Source: Acutalibacteraceae bacterium (GTDB lineage Bacteria; Bacillota; Clostridia; Oscillospirales; Acutalibacteraceae). From it: a stretch of 62,451 bases of DNA. Shown here one piece after another: positions 9,326 to 19,182 of this stretch. Below the pieces are notes generated by a model. That model was not told the origin of the DNA, made no database searches, and worked only from the letters and a program-made list of their open reading frames with translations. Numbering within the stretch: position 1 is the stretch's first letter; every line of letters starts with the position of its first letter. Both the position numbers and the translations under genes were made by a program. The stretch lies in NCBI GenBank assembly GCA_045656665.1, contig JAZORP010000054.1:1-62451 (forward strand), read 5' to 3'.

Positions 9326-10933
9326 ATGAAAATAGCTTTTTACGGAGCTGCACACGAGGTTACAGGCTCCTGCACAGTGCTCTACGCTAACGGCAAAACC
9401 ATTATGATAGACTGCGGTATGGAACAGGGGCCTGATATTTATGAAAACTGTCAGCTGCCGATCCTACCCTCGCAAATTGATTTTTTACTCCTTACCCATG
9501 CTCATATCGACCACTCGGGCAAGATCCCTGCCTTGACGGCAAACGGCTTTAGAGGTAAAATCTACACTACTGCCGCCACCGATCGTCTTTGCAAAATTAT
9601 GTTGCTTGATTCTGCCCATATTCAGGAATTCGAGGCAAAATGGCGAAACCGTAAAGCAAAAAGGGCTGGCAAAGAGCCTTATACTCCCCTTTACACCACA
9701 GAGGATGCCACAAAGGCCCTCAAACAATTTATGCCGTGTGAATATAATAAGGAATATGAAATCTGCAATGGCATCAAAATCTCCTTTACCGATGCAGGCC
9801 ATCTATTAGGCTCGGCAAGCGTGAGCGTCACGGTTAATGAGGCGGGCAACTCAGAAACCATTGTTTTCTCAGGAGACCTCGGCAACCGAAACCGCCCTCT
9901 AATAAAAGACCCTGCTCAACCCAAAGAGGCCGACTATGTTGTTATAGAATCAACCTACGGCAACCGCGTTCACGGAGAGGCTCCGGATTATGTGAGCCAA
10001 CTTACCCGCATCATTCAGGAAACCCTTGACCGCGGCGGTAATCTTGTTATTCCCTCTTTTGCCATAGGCCGAACTCAGGAGTTGCTTTATCTTATTAGAA
10101 TAATCAAGGAGCAGAAACTCATTTTAGGACATGATAATTTCCCCGTTTATGTTGACAGCCCGCTGGCGGTGGAAGCTACCGAAATTTACGGCAGCGATCT
10201 TTACGATTTCTTTGACAGCGAAACCTTAGAGCTTCTAAAAAACGGCATCGATCCTATCAAATTCTCAGGGCTAAAGCTTTCTGTTACAAGCGAAGATTCA
10301 ATGCGAATTAATCTTGACAAGACTCCAAAAATCATCCTCTCAGCCAGCGGTATGTGTGAAGCCGGCCGCATCCGCCACCATTTAAAACACAATTTATGGC
10401 GGAATGACAGCACCGTGCTTTTCGTTGGTTATCAGGCTGAAGGCACTCTGGGCAGAATAATCACCGAGGGCGCACCCACAGTCAAGCTCTTCGGTGAGAC
10501 GATTCAGGTCAACGCCCGCATTGAAAAGCTTGAGGGCATAAGCGGCCACGCCGATAAAAACATCTTGCTAGACTGGCTAAAAGGTTTTGAGCAAAAACCT
10601 AAAACCGTTTTTGTCAACCACGGAAATGATGCCGTTTGTGACGAGTTCGCCGCAACCGTTGAAAAAGAACTTTCTATTTACGCCACCGCGCCCTATAACG
10701 GTGCCGAATATGACCTGATTTCCGGAATATGCCTTGAAAAAGGAAACACAGCTAAAAAAATCCGCTCTGGCAATATTAAGGAAAAGGTGCGCGAGTCGTC
10801 CGCATTTAAGCGGCTGCTCAGCGCTGTCGGGAGGCTTTCGGTTGTTGCCGATAAATACCGTGAAGCCGCCAATAAGGACATTGCCAAATTTGCAGATGCA
10901 ATAATCTCTCTTTGCGACAAGTGGGACAAATAA
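9326..10933 (+). CDS. MBL-fold beta-CASP family ribonuclease/hydrolase
   Basis: LLLTHAHIDHSG metallo-beta-lactamase motif; beta-CASP-like central part; ISGHAD near the C-terminus; start trimmed to ATG 9326 after AGGAGTGG. Confidence 0.85.
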   Translation: MKIAFYGAAHEVTGSCTVLYANGKTIMIDCGMEQGPDIYENCQLPILPSQIDFLLLTHAHIDHSGKIPALTANGFRGKIYTTAATDRLCKIMLLDSAHIQEFEAKWRNRKAKRAGKEPYTPLYTTEDATKALKQFMPCEYNKEYEICNGIKISFTDAGHLLGSASVSVTVNEAGNSETIVFSGDLGNRNRPLIKDPAQPKEADYVVIESTYGNRVHGEAPDYVSQLTRIIQETLDRGGNLVIPSFAIGRTQELLYLIRIIKEQKLILGHDNFPVYVDSPLAVEATEIYGSDLYDFFDSETLELLKNGIDPIKFSGLKLSVTSEDSMRINLDKTPKIILSASGMCEAGRIRHHLKHNLWRNDSTVLFVGYQAEGTLGRIITEGAPTVKLFGETIQVNARIEKLEGISGHADKNILLDWLKGFEQKPKTVFVNHGNDAVCDEFAATVEKELSIYATAPYNGAEYDLISGICLEKGNTAKKIRSGNIKEKVRESSAFKRLLSAVGRLSVVADKYREAANKDIAKFADAIISLCDKWDK

Positions 10934-10936
10934 ATT

Positions 10937-10968
10937 AAAGCCGAAGGTTTCTCCTTCGGCTTTGATTT
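10937..10968. terminator. bidirectional terminator
   Basis: AAAGCCGAAGG / CCTTCGGCTTT stem with flanking A/T runs, between convergent genes. Confidence 0.6.
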
Positions 10969-11488
10969 ATTCCATACTATATGGAAAATTAAGTTTTGCA
11001 ATATCGGTTTCAAACTGCGAGACCATAATCGGAAAGCTGCTGCCGTCCGCCTTTATTTGCAGTTTTTCGGCAAGCTCCCTAAAGCCTACCTGAGGCAGAG
11101 CCTGCGGGCAACCGCAATCACAGCCCACACCCTCAACTTCAGAAAAACCGAGCTTTTTGTAAAACTCAACAAGACCTTCATCTGCTGGGCGCAGGAAAAT
11201 TGCCTTGCCCTCCTTTTTTAACTCATTTATAAGCCTTGTCATATGCCCCTTTCCGCGTTCGGATTTTAAGGTGGCGGCAGCATAAACATAAAAGCCCTCG
11301 AAATCGTCGCTTTCTGTAATTATCCGGCAAGGCAGCGCAAAGAGCATTGCTGCTATTTTGCCGTCAAACTTTATATACCTGATATATCTAAAGCAACTTT
11401 CAAACAGCATATCTTCAAAAAAAGCATTCTCTTCACAAAAAGCCTCTTTGTATATAGCTCTGCACTGACTCTCCACTTTGATTTTCAC
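10967..11488 (-). CDS. GNAT-family N-acetyltransferase
   Basis: RGKGHMTRLINEL...FYKKLGF acetyl-CoA-binding pattern; start set to a GTG forming a GTGA overlap with the upstream gene. Confidence 0.7.
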   Translation of the reverse strand: MKIKVESQCRAIYKEAFCEENAFFEDMLFESCFRYIRYIKFDGKIAAMLFALPCRIITESDDFEGFYVYAAATLKSERGKGHMTRLINELKKEGKAIFLRPADEGLVEFYKKLGFSEVEGVGCDCGCPQALPQVGFRELAEKLQIKADGSSFPIMVSQFETDIAKLNFPYSME

Positions 11489-12366
11489 CCCTTGGGACGG
11501 CAATAGTATTTTTTGAGCAAAATTTCAGGTTTATAGGAAAGCTTTGCTTTTCTAAGCCCCTCAAGCCCTAAATCATCCTCACGGTTAATATATTTGTAAT
11601 TCTGCAGCTCATTTCTTGCAAATTCTCGATTGATAACCGTGTAAGCTTCGGCATAATCGTTTAAAGCTTTTTCAATATGGATATCAAAAATTGTATCATT
11701 TATAGGCGAGCCTAATGTAAAGGCAACTACTCTCCCCTCCACATAAATTGCCCCGCCTTTAACTGAGAGCTTTTCCATATTTTCGAGAATGGTGTTTATG
11801 CCGTTTTTTTCACACTCCATTATAGAATCAAGCCTTTGGAGATTTTCAATATACCATCTTTCGGCACAGCCTTTAACATCCTTAACATTTTCGGCGGTTA
11901 TCGGCTCATAATGCCATTCCCACTTTTTTGTAAAAGCATTTATATGGTTTCGCTTGCCGTGATATTTTTTGCCGGCAAGGTTTGCTAAATCCTCTGTCAG
12001 GTAGATGTAATCGAAAGCATCTCTTTGCTCCTTAAATTCGTAAATGCCATCAAATTTCTGCCTGAATTTCTCGAACAGCGGACCCTCGGGTGCCCAGAAC
12101 TTAGGAGTCTTTCCTTGGCAATACTCGTTTATAAGTTGTATCCCCTTTTCAAAGTCATCTCCGAAAGGGAGCCTAAAACTTTCATTAAAGCCTTCGCCTG
12201 ATTTTATAATAAGCTGACCGTCACAAACAGCCATCATATTATTGTATTTACACTGCCACACAAGCAGATTCACAAAAGAATTCTCGCAGGAAAGCTCACG
12301 ATGCTTTTGTGAAAACTTTTTGTAAATATCAATATCTTCAATTTCTACCTTTTTAAATTCCAGCAT
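11485..12366 (-). CDS. DUF2156-like protein (lysyl-PG synthase C-terminal domain-like)
   Basis: ENSFVNLLVWQ and GKRNHINAF patterns typical of this family; start trimmed to ATG 12366 (MLEFKK). Confidence 0.65.
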   Translation of the reverse strand: MLEFKKVEIEDIDIYKKFSQKHRELSCENSFVNLLVWQCKYNNMMAVCDGQLIIKSGEGFNESFRLPFGDDFEKGIQLINEYCQGKTPKFWAPEGPLFEKFRQKFDGIYEFKEQRDAFDYIYLTEDLANLAGKKYHGKRNHINAFTKKWEWHYEPITAENVKDVKGCAERWYIENLQRLDSIMECEKNGINTILENMEKLSVKGGAIYVEGRVVAFTLGSPINDTIFDIHIEKALNDYAEAYTVINREFARNELQNYKYINREDDLGLEGLRKAKLSYKPEILLKKYYCRPKG

Positions 12367-12380
12367 AGTTCTTCCTTTAT

Positions 12381-12413
12381 TAAAATAAAACGGGGCGTGT
12401 ATCTGCGCCCCGT
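12381..12413 (-). terminator. rho-independent terminator after the PBP gene
   Basis: ACGGGGCG / CGCCCCGT stem with a U-run on the minus strand. Confidence 0.6.
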
Positions 12414-12450
12414 ATTTTTGACCGACAAGTGTAAAACCCGTCATTCTGAG

Positions 12451-14796
12451 TTATTGAGAATTCTCGCTGCCTGAAGCCTCGCCCGAAGCAGTCTCGCCCG
12501 CATCGGTGGTTTCCTCCGGCTCAGTACCAGGGTCTCCCAAAGCTTCACCCACATGGGATGTGCAGGTTTCGGGGATATTGCTCTTCCTATACCAGCCAAC
12601 CGCTTTTGACGGGCAGTCAGAGGTTGCAAGAAGACCTGTAGAGGTGCAATAGTACTTATCGGTTGCATAGCTGCTGTCGGTAAATTCCTTCGCAGCAAGC
12701 CCCGAATGGACCTTAGACATTACTTTGCCCCACATTTTGAGGGCTATTCCGCTATATTTCGAAGGTATCGGCTGCTGAACCTCAAAGCCGCACCAGCAGG
12801 AAGCAATATAATAGGGTGTTCCTCCTACAAACCAAAGGTCATTCTGGTCATTAGAGGTTCCGGTCTTTGCATAGATCTTCATATTTGTTATATAAGACCT
12901 TGCTGCACCGCCCGTACCGTTTGAACCGTAAACTACGCCCTGCAGCAAATGATTCATAACGGTTGCCGTGTCCTCGCTTATGGCCATAGTCGGCTGGGTA
13001 TTGTGCTCCAAAACCACCTTACCCTCCTGGTCAGTAACCTTTGTATAGAAAGACGGTTCATAATAAAGCCCGCCGTTGCCGAAAACTGCAAAAGCAGCCG
13101 CCGATTCCAAGGTCGTAAGACCGCCGTTTGTTCCCCCCATTCCCAAAGGTGAAAGGTTGATATCCTCGCGGTTGAGGGTGGTTACCCCTAATTTTTGTGT
13201 CAGGAAATCATAACAGGTCTGCGGTGTGAGTTTATTTACAAGATAAACCGGTATCGTGTTGACCGAGCGCTCCAAAGCATATTGAACAGTTATATTTCCC
13301 CAATATGAGGAATACCAGTTCTTAGGCGTCCAGCCGTTGTAATTTGTTTTGGTATCATTGACTATGCTCGAATAGGTTATCAGATCCTGCTCGATTGCAG
13401 GGGCATAGGCAGCAATAGGCTTCATTGTGGAGCCCGGCTGACGGACAGCATCGGTAGCACAGTTAAAGCCGCGATTGGTGGTTTTCTCACCTATGCCGCC
13501 GACAACTGCTTTGACATTACCCTTATAATCCATAACTGTGATACCGCCGGTCATAGTCGAGCCGTCACTACCCTTTATGGTGTAGGATTCAGTGTCCTCA
13601 AAAACCTCCTCGGCAGCAGCCTGAATTTCAGGGTCTACTGTTGCATAAATCTTATATCCGCCGTTATAGAAAAGCTGGCTTGCGTGAGATTCCTCATAGC
13701 CATACTTCTCTGCCAAATCCTTTGTAACCTGATCAATAAGCGCATCAACAAAATAGGAGTTGACCTTATCCTGATTCAAAACCCTATCCTCGGTCACAAG
13801 GTTAAGCTCTGTATTTACAGCTTCATCATACTGCTCTTGAGTAATATACCCCTGATCGAGCATTTCGTAAAGCACAGCGTTGCGCCGATCCTTATTGTTT
13901 TCAGGGTAATCATCAGGCGCATAGTATGTCGGACTTTTGGTTATTGCGGCAATAGTGGCGCATTCCAAAAGGGTAAGATCCTTAACGCTTTTGCCGAAAT
14001 AATAGTTAGCTGCAACCTCAACTCCGTAGATGCCGTGGCCCAAAGGGATGGTGTTGAGATAACACTCAAGTATAGTATCCTTAGAATACTTACTTTCAAG
14101 ATATCTTGCCCTCATAATCTCCCTAACCTTACGGCTGGCTTTTTGCGAACGGTCATCAGTAAGATTTTTAACAAGCTGCTGAGTTATTGTCGAACCACCT
14201 TGACGGGAGGAATAAATCGGAACAAACTCATTCACAAATGCAGCCATTGTTCTCTTCCAGTCAACACCCTCGTGCTCAGAAAAACGCTTATCCTCTATCG
14301 CTATAAAGGCCTTAGCAAGGGTTTGGGGAATACCGTCATAACCATCGGGAAGCTCTACATTATCAGGATTGATATAATCAACCCACATTCGGTTGAATTC
14401 ACCGTGCAGTCGGCTGTATTCCCTGTAACCGCCATTACCGTCACTAACATAAATTGTGGTGGTGAAATTAAGATCCAGACTGTTAAGGTCTTCCTCCATA
14501 GTTCCGTCAACCATAGTAAAGGCATAAAACATAAAGCTGCCGGCTACTAAGCTTACGGTTATAAGCCCTACCAAAAAAACTGTCAACAACACTTTGAGAA
14601 TGTGTTGTTTGCCGGTTTGGCGGCTTTTTTTAGGCTTCTTCTTACCCGTTTCACCAGACTCAGACTTCACAGAAAAGCTGTTAAGGTCAAAGCTTGTTTC
14701 CCCGCTCTCTGCAAGACTGTTTGAATGATCGTAGCTAAAAAGTTCATTACTTTCGCTGCTTATATCTTCGAATTTGTTGCTGTCAATATTATCCAT
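12451..14796 (-). CDS. class A penicillin-binding protein (PBP1A: transglycosylase/transpeptidase)
   Basis: GT51 motifs EDKRFSEHEGVD and RQGGSTITQQ; transpeptidase STMKP and KTGTS; N-terminal TM; Glu/Thr/Ser-rich tail. Confidence 0.95.
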   Translation of the reverse strand: MDNIDSNKFEDISSESNELFSYDHSNSLAESGETSFDLNSFSVKSESGETGKKKPKKSRQTGKQHILKVLLTVFLVGLITVSLVAGSFMFYAFTMVDGTMEEDLNSLDLNFTTTIYVSDGNGGYREYSRLHGEFNRMWVDYINPDNVELPDGYDGIPQTLAKAFIAIEDKRFSEHEGVDWKRTMAAFVNEFVPIYSSRQGGSTITQQLVKNLTDDRSQKASRKVREIMRARYLESKYSKDTILECYLNTIPLGHGIYGVEVAANYYFGKSVKDLTLLECATIAAITKSPTYYAPDDYPENNKDRRNAVLYEMLDQGYITQEQYDEAVNTELNLVTEDRVLNQDKVNSYFVDALIDQVTKDLAEKYGYEESHASQLFYNGGYKIYATVDPEIQAAAEEVFEDTESYTIKGSDGSTMTGGITVMDYKGNVKAVVGGIGEKTTNRGFNCATDAVRQPGSTMKPIAAYAPAIEQDLITYSSIVNDTKTNYNGWTPKNWYSSYWGNITVQYALERSVNTIPVYLVNKLTPQTCYDFLTQKLGVTTLNREDINLSPLGMGGTNGGLTTLESAAAFAVFGNGGLYYEPSFYTKVTDQEGKVVLEHNTQPTMAISEDTATVMNHLLQGVVYGSNGTGGAARSYITNMKIYAKTGTSNDQNDLWFVGGTPYYIASCWCGFEVQQPIPSKYSGIALKMWGKVMSKVHSGLAAKEFTDSSYATDKYYCTSTGLLATSDCPSKAVGWYRKSNIPETCTSHVGEALGDPGTEPEETTDAGETASGEASGSENSQ

Positions 14797-14999
14797 CTTA
14801 ACACCTCCGCTTAGTATAGCCGAAAACTTGCCATACTAAAAACTGAACTGTATAGGGTATTTTACCACATTTACACCAAAAAATCAACTTTTTGACAAAT
14901 TGCTCACATTACAATTTTGTAAAATTTTAACCGTTTTGTTATTAAGAACTTTTAAACTGCACAATATAATAAAAACAGTATAGGCTGACGGAGAAGAAA

Positions 15000-15827
15000 A
15001 TGAAAAAAATTTTGAGCCTTATTATAACCCTGATAATATTGTTTTCACCCCTTTCAGGCTGCAGCAAGAAAGAAAAAAATAATATAACCGTGCTCTCTCG
15101 AGAGGAGGGCTCGGGAACAAGAACTGCTTTTGAGGAGCTTTTAGATATTGAAGAGACAATAATCACCGCCGAAGTTTCCGACTCGACCTTTGTGATGACG
15201 ACCACCGTTGTCGGCAATAGATATGCAATCGGCTATATATCGCTCGGCAGCCTCAATGAAAGTGTAAAGGCACTCAAGGTAGACGGTACGCCGCCGACAT
15301 CAGAAAATGTAAAATCAGGCGAATACAAGATTGCAAGACCGTTTATTATCGCAACAGGAGCCGGCCTTTCCGACACGGCGCGCGATTTTATAAGCTTTAT
15401 TTTAAGCAAAGAGGGCCAAAGCATAGCAGAGGAGAATAAATATATAGCTGCTGTTTCGGGCGGTGAGTATAAATCCTCCTACAAATCGGGCAAAATAACC
15501 GTTACAGGCTCCTCCTCTGTAGCGCCGGTAATGGAAAAGCTTAAAGAGGCTTATATAAGCTTAAATCCCGAGGTTACCATAGAGCTTCAGCAAAGCGACT
15601 CCACCAACGGAATCAACAGTGTTTTAGGCGGTATATGTGATATAGGTATGGCTTCCCGAGAACTTAAAAAAAGCGAAAAAGCAGCCGGCCTTACTTCCAC
15701 GACCATCGCTCTTGACGGAATTGCAGTAATAATTAATAAAGATAATCCCATAGACGGGATATCCTTATCCCAACTCAAAGATATCTACACAGGTAAAAGC
15801 ACACTATGGAGTGAAATTTTAAGCTGA
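15000..15827 (+). CDS. pstS: phosphate ABC transporter substrate-binding lipoprotein (PstS family, permuted order)
   Basis: Lipobox LSGC; SREEGSGTR segment precedes the GSSSVAPV segment; adjacent to pstCAB-phoU. Confidence 0.85.
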   Translation: MKKILSLIITLIILFSPLSGCSKKEKNNITVLSREEGSGTRTAFEELLDIEETIITAEVSDSTFVMTTTVVGNRYAIGYISLGSLNESVKALKVDGTPPTSENVKSGEYKIARPFIIATGAGLSDTARDFISFILSKEGQSIAEENKYIAAVSGGEYKSSYKSGKITVTGSSSVAPVMEKLKEAYISLNPEVTIELQQSDSTNGINSVLGGICDIGMASRELKKSEKAAGLTSTTIALDGIAVIINKDNPIDGISLSQLKDIYTGKSTLWSEILS

Positions 15828-16675
15828 TGCAAAAGATAAAAGAAAATATTATGAAGTTCGTATTTTTAATATGCGCTATGATGGCAGTCATAGCGGTAAT
15901 ACTTATATGTCTTTTTTTGTTTGCAAGCGGGCTGCCCGCAATAAAGGAAATCGGTGTTTTTAACTTTCTTTTAGGAACTCGCTGGAGTCCGCTTAAAGGA
16001 TTTTACGGAATACTTCCTATGATAGTGGGCAGTATTTATGTTACAGCAGGGGCTATAATCATCGGGGTGCCGTTAGGGGTTTTGTGCGCAGTATTTATGG
16101 CGCGGTTTTGCCCCAAATGGCTATACAAAATCCTCAAGCCTTTAGTCGATCTGCTCGCTGGAATACCCTCCATAGTCTACGGTTTTTTTGGACTTATGGC
16201 ATTAGTTCCGATAATAGGACGGATTTTCGGTGGTTCGGGCAAAGGCGTGCTTACAGCATCTGTGCTGCTTGGAATAATGATACTGCCGACCATCATCAGC
16301 GTCTCGGAGGCGGCCATCCGCGCCGTGCCGCAAAACTATTACGAGGGGGCATTGGCACTTGGTGCTACACACGAAAGAAGCATCTACAAGGTCACACTCC
16401 CTGCTGCAAAATCGGGGGTTGCCGCAGGGGTGATTTTAGGAATCGGCCGAGCTATAGGTGAAGCCATGGCTGTGAAGATGGTTGCAGGCAACCAGCCGAT
16501 AATTCCTGACAGTGTTTTAAGCGGTGTTAGAACATTGACCTCAAACATCGTTCTCGAGATGGGATACGCCACCGACCTTCACCGCCAAGCTCTTATCGCA
16601 ACGGCGGTGGTGCTTTTTGTGTTTATTTTGATAATAAACCTCCTGTTTTCACTCGTAAGAAGGAGAGATGAATAA
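15827..16675 (+). CDS. pstC: phosphate ABC transporter permease PstC
   Basis: Six-TM permease; EAA-like loop EGALALGATHERSI; operon context. Confidence 0.9.
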   Translation: MQKIKENIMKFVFLICAMMAVIAVILICLFLFASGLPAIKEIGVFNFLLGTRWSPLKGFYGILPMIVGSIYVTAGAIIIGVPLGVLCAVFMARFCPKWLYKILKPLVDLLAGIPSIVYGFFGLMALVPIIGRIFGGSGKGVLTASVLLGIMILPTIISVSEAAIRAVPQNYYEGALALGATHERSIYKVTLPAAKSGVAAGVILGIGRAIGEAMAVKMVAGNQPIIPDSVLSGVRTLTSNIVLEMGYATDLHRQALIATAVVLFVFILIINLLFSLVRRRDE

Positions 16676-17562
16676 TGCCTCTCGGCAAATCGGTCGCCAT
16701 AAACAAATTCACCTTTTTTGAGAAGTTTAAAGCATATAAAAATCGCCCCGCTTCTTTAATATTAATGCTTCTCACCTGGGGCTCTGCAATTATTATGATA
16801 GCTTTGGTAATTTGCCTTATTTGCTATATCCTCGCAAAAGGTGTTCCTAATATAACCACTGAGCTTTTCTCTTTTGAATACACAAGCGAGAATGTATCAA
16901 TGCTGCCGGCTATTATCAATACCTTTACCTTGACTGTATTTACCCTTTTAATTGCCGTGCCGATAGGTATATTTTCGGCAATTTATCTCACTGAATACGC
17001 TAAACACACAAATCCTTTGGTAAGGCTTATCCGCACCACCACCGAAACCCTAGCCGGGATACCCTCTATCGTGTACGGACTTTTTGGCTACCTTATCTTT
17101 GTTATCTCATTAGGATTTAATTTATCCCTGCTTTCTGGGGCTCTCACTCTTGCAATTATGATACTGCCAACACTTATGCGCACCACCGAGGAGGCGCTGC
17201 TGTCGGTGCCATCAAGCTACCGAGAGGGCAGCTTTGGTCTGGGTGCAGGCAAGCTTCGCACTATTTTTAAGGTGGTGCTGCCGTCTGCCGTGCCGGGGAT
17301 ACTTTCCGGAGTGATTTTATCTATAGGCAGAATAGTTGGTGAAACCGCCGCTCTTATCTACACCTCAGGCACGGTGGCAGGCATCCCAAAAAGCCTTATG
17401 CAAAGCGGAAGAACCCTATCGGTTCATATGTATGCCCTAATGAATGAGGGGCTTTATACAAAGCAAGCCTATGCCACGGCTGCAGTGCTGCTCATATTAG
17501 TTTTAATAATAAATATGCTCTCGGGACTTATAGCCCGCAAATTGCGACCGAGCAAAGGATGA
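16675..17562 (+). CDS. pstA: phosphate ABC transporter permease PstA
   Basis: [24 protein letters not shown] loop; operon context; ATG overlaps the pstC stop. Confidence 0.9.
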   Translation: MPLGKSVAINKFTFFEKFKAYKNRPASLILMLLTWGSAIIMIALVICLICYILAKGVPNITTELFSFEYTSENVSMLPAIINTFTLTVFTLLIAVPIGIFSAIYLTEYAKHTNPLVRLIRTTTETLAGIPSIVYGLFGYLIFVISLGFNLSLLSGALTLAIMILPTLMRTTEEALLSVPSSYREGSFGLGAGKLRTIFKVVLPSAVPGILSGVILSIGRIVGETAALIYTSGTVAGIPKSLMQSGRTLSVHMYALMNEGLYTKQAYATAAVLLILVLIINMLSGLIARKLRPSKG

Positions 17563-17570
17563 GGAATAAA

Positions 17571-18320
17571 ATGGATAAATTTCGAGTTAAAAACTTAAAT
17601 CTATGGTACAACGATTTCAAAGCCTTAAAAAACATTAATTTAAATTTGCCCCAAAATAACATCAGCGCATTTATAGGCCCATCAGGTTGCGGAAAATCGA
17701 CCCTTATCAAATGCTTTAACCGTATGAATGACCTTGTAGATGGCTGCAAGATAAACGGCGATGTTCTTCTCGACGGCCAAAGTATTTACGGCAATATGGA
17801 TGTAAATATCTTACGGCGGAGGGTTGGTATGGTTTTTCAAAAGCCCAATCCATTCCCTATGTCGATCTATGACAATATCGCCTTTGGCCCCAGAACCCAC
17901 GGCATCCGCTCAAAGCAAGCGCTTGATGAAATAGTCGAAAAATCACTGCGTAGCGCCGCTATTTGGGACGAAACCAAGGATAATCTCAAAAAAAGTGCGC
18001 TTGCTATGTCGGGAGGTCAGCAGCAAAGGCTTTGCATTGCGCGGGCGCTGGCAGTAGAGCCCGAAGTTCTGCTGATGGATGAGCCTACCTCTGCCTTGGA
18101 CCCTATCTCAACCTCAAAAATAGAAGACCTTGTTTGTGAAATTAAAGAAAAGTATACCATTATAATGGTGACACATAATATGCAACAAGCAGTTCGAATA
18201 TCGGACTATACAGCCTTTTTTCTCTTAGGTGAGGTAATAGAGTTTTCGGAAACAGAGAAGATGTTCTCCTCTCCAAAGGATAGGCGCACAGAGGACTATA
18301 TCACAGGGAGATTCGGATAA
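17571..18320 (+). CDS. pstB: phosphate ABC transporter ATP-binding protein PstB
   Basis: GPSGCGKST Walker A; [15 protein letters not shown] signature; [11 protein letters not shown] Walker B; start set to the second ATG after AGGATGAGG (17559 is the alternative). Confidence 0.95.
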   Translation: MDKFRVKNLNLWYNDFKALKNINLNLPQNNISAFIGPSGCGKSTLIKCFNRMNDLVDGCKINGDVLLDGQSIYGNMDVNILRRRVGMVFQKPNPFPMSIYDNIAFGPRTHGIRSKQALDEIVEKSLRSAAIWDETKDNLKKSALAMSGGQQQRLCIARALAVEPEVLLMDEPTSALDPISTSKIEDLVCEIKEKYTIIMVTHNMQQAVRISDYTAFFLLGEVIEFSETEKMFSSPKDRRTEDYITGRFG

Positions 18321-18321
18321 C

Positions 18322-18978
18322 ATGAGAAATAATTTTGACAGGCAGCTTCTAACGCTTCACACAGAACTAGTGAAAATGGGGGCGCTTTGCGAGAATGCAA
18401 TTTCCCTTTCGGTAAAAGCCCTACTCGATAACGATTTAAGTTTGACAGAGAAGGTATTTGCGGCAGAAGCCGATATCGACCAAAAAGAAAGGGATATTGA
18501 AGCTATATGTATGAAGCTTCTATTACAGCAACAGCCAATAGCAAAAGATTTAAGAATGATATCATCCGCGCTTAAAATGATATCAGATATGGAGCGTATA
18601 GGCGATCAGGCATCAGATATTGCCGAAATTGCAAAATTCGTTAACTACAGCAGGATTAAAGGTGGCATTCACATAAAGGATATGGCAACCGCCGCCATTA
18701 AAATGGTGAGTGACAGCGTTGAATCCTTTGTGATGAGTGATTTATCTCTTGCGCACTCGGTTATGGTGTATGATGATATTGTGGATGAACTTTTTAACCG
18801 AATTAAAGAGGAATTGGTGGGCATTATATCTCTCGACCCCAAAAACGGAGAATTTTGCATAGACCTTATTATGATAGCTAAATATCTTGAAAGAATCGGC
18901 GACCACGCCGTCAACATTTCCGAATGGGTGGAATACTCCATTACCGGCCGTCATCAAAAGCAATCTGCTTCCATTTGA
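18322..18978 (+). CDS. phoU: phosphate signalling regulator PhoU
   Basis: Two PhoU repeats (ERIGDQASDIAE / ERIGDHAVNISE); follows pstB. Confidence 0.9.
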   Translation: MRNNFDRQLLTLHTELVKMGALCENAISLSVKALLDNDLSLTEKVFAAEADIDQKERDIEAICMKLLLQQQPIAKDLRMISSALKMISDMERIGDQASDIAEIAKFVNYSRIKGGIHIKDMATAAIKMVSDSVESFVMSDLSLAHSVMVYDDIVDELFNRIKEELVGIISLDPKNGEFCIDLIMIAKYLERIGDHAVNISEWVEYSITGRHQKQSASI

Positions 18979-19110
18979 TAATTTACTTGATTTTTGGTAA
19001 AAAGTGTGTTATTATTTCTAAGGTTTAAGGGAGTAGCCGGCGTGTTTGCGCTGCAATTTGCGTCAATTCGGTTTTTATTGTATAAAACCCGCTTTTGCAT
19101 TAAACGGCAA

Positions 19111-19150
19111 GACTTTTACCGTGTCCCCGGGCACGGTAAGGGTCTTTTTT
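19111..19150 (+). terminator. probable terminator after phoU
   Basis: Imperfect stem around TACCGTG / CACGGTA followed by TCTTTTTT. Confidence 0.5.
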
Positions 19151-19182
19151 ATTCCCCAAAAAACAAAGAAAGGTTGAATTTG

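Noticed and set aside
12441-12698. 85-aa minus-strand ORF overlapping the 3' end of the PBP gene
   Set aside because: It is an alternate frame of the PBP1A C-terminal Glu/Thr/Ser-rich tail, with no independent start signals.
13684-14550. 288-aa ORF on the + strand
   Set aside because: It lies entirely antisense to the strongly supported PBP1A gene. It has no SD, a low-complexity Ile/Leu/Asn-rich translation and no motif. This is a typical shadow ORF.
18994-19182. 63-codon N-terminal extension of the OadB ORF
   Set aside because: The extension runs through the phoU terminator hairpin and has no SD. The family-typical N-terminus begins at the ATG at 19183.
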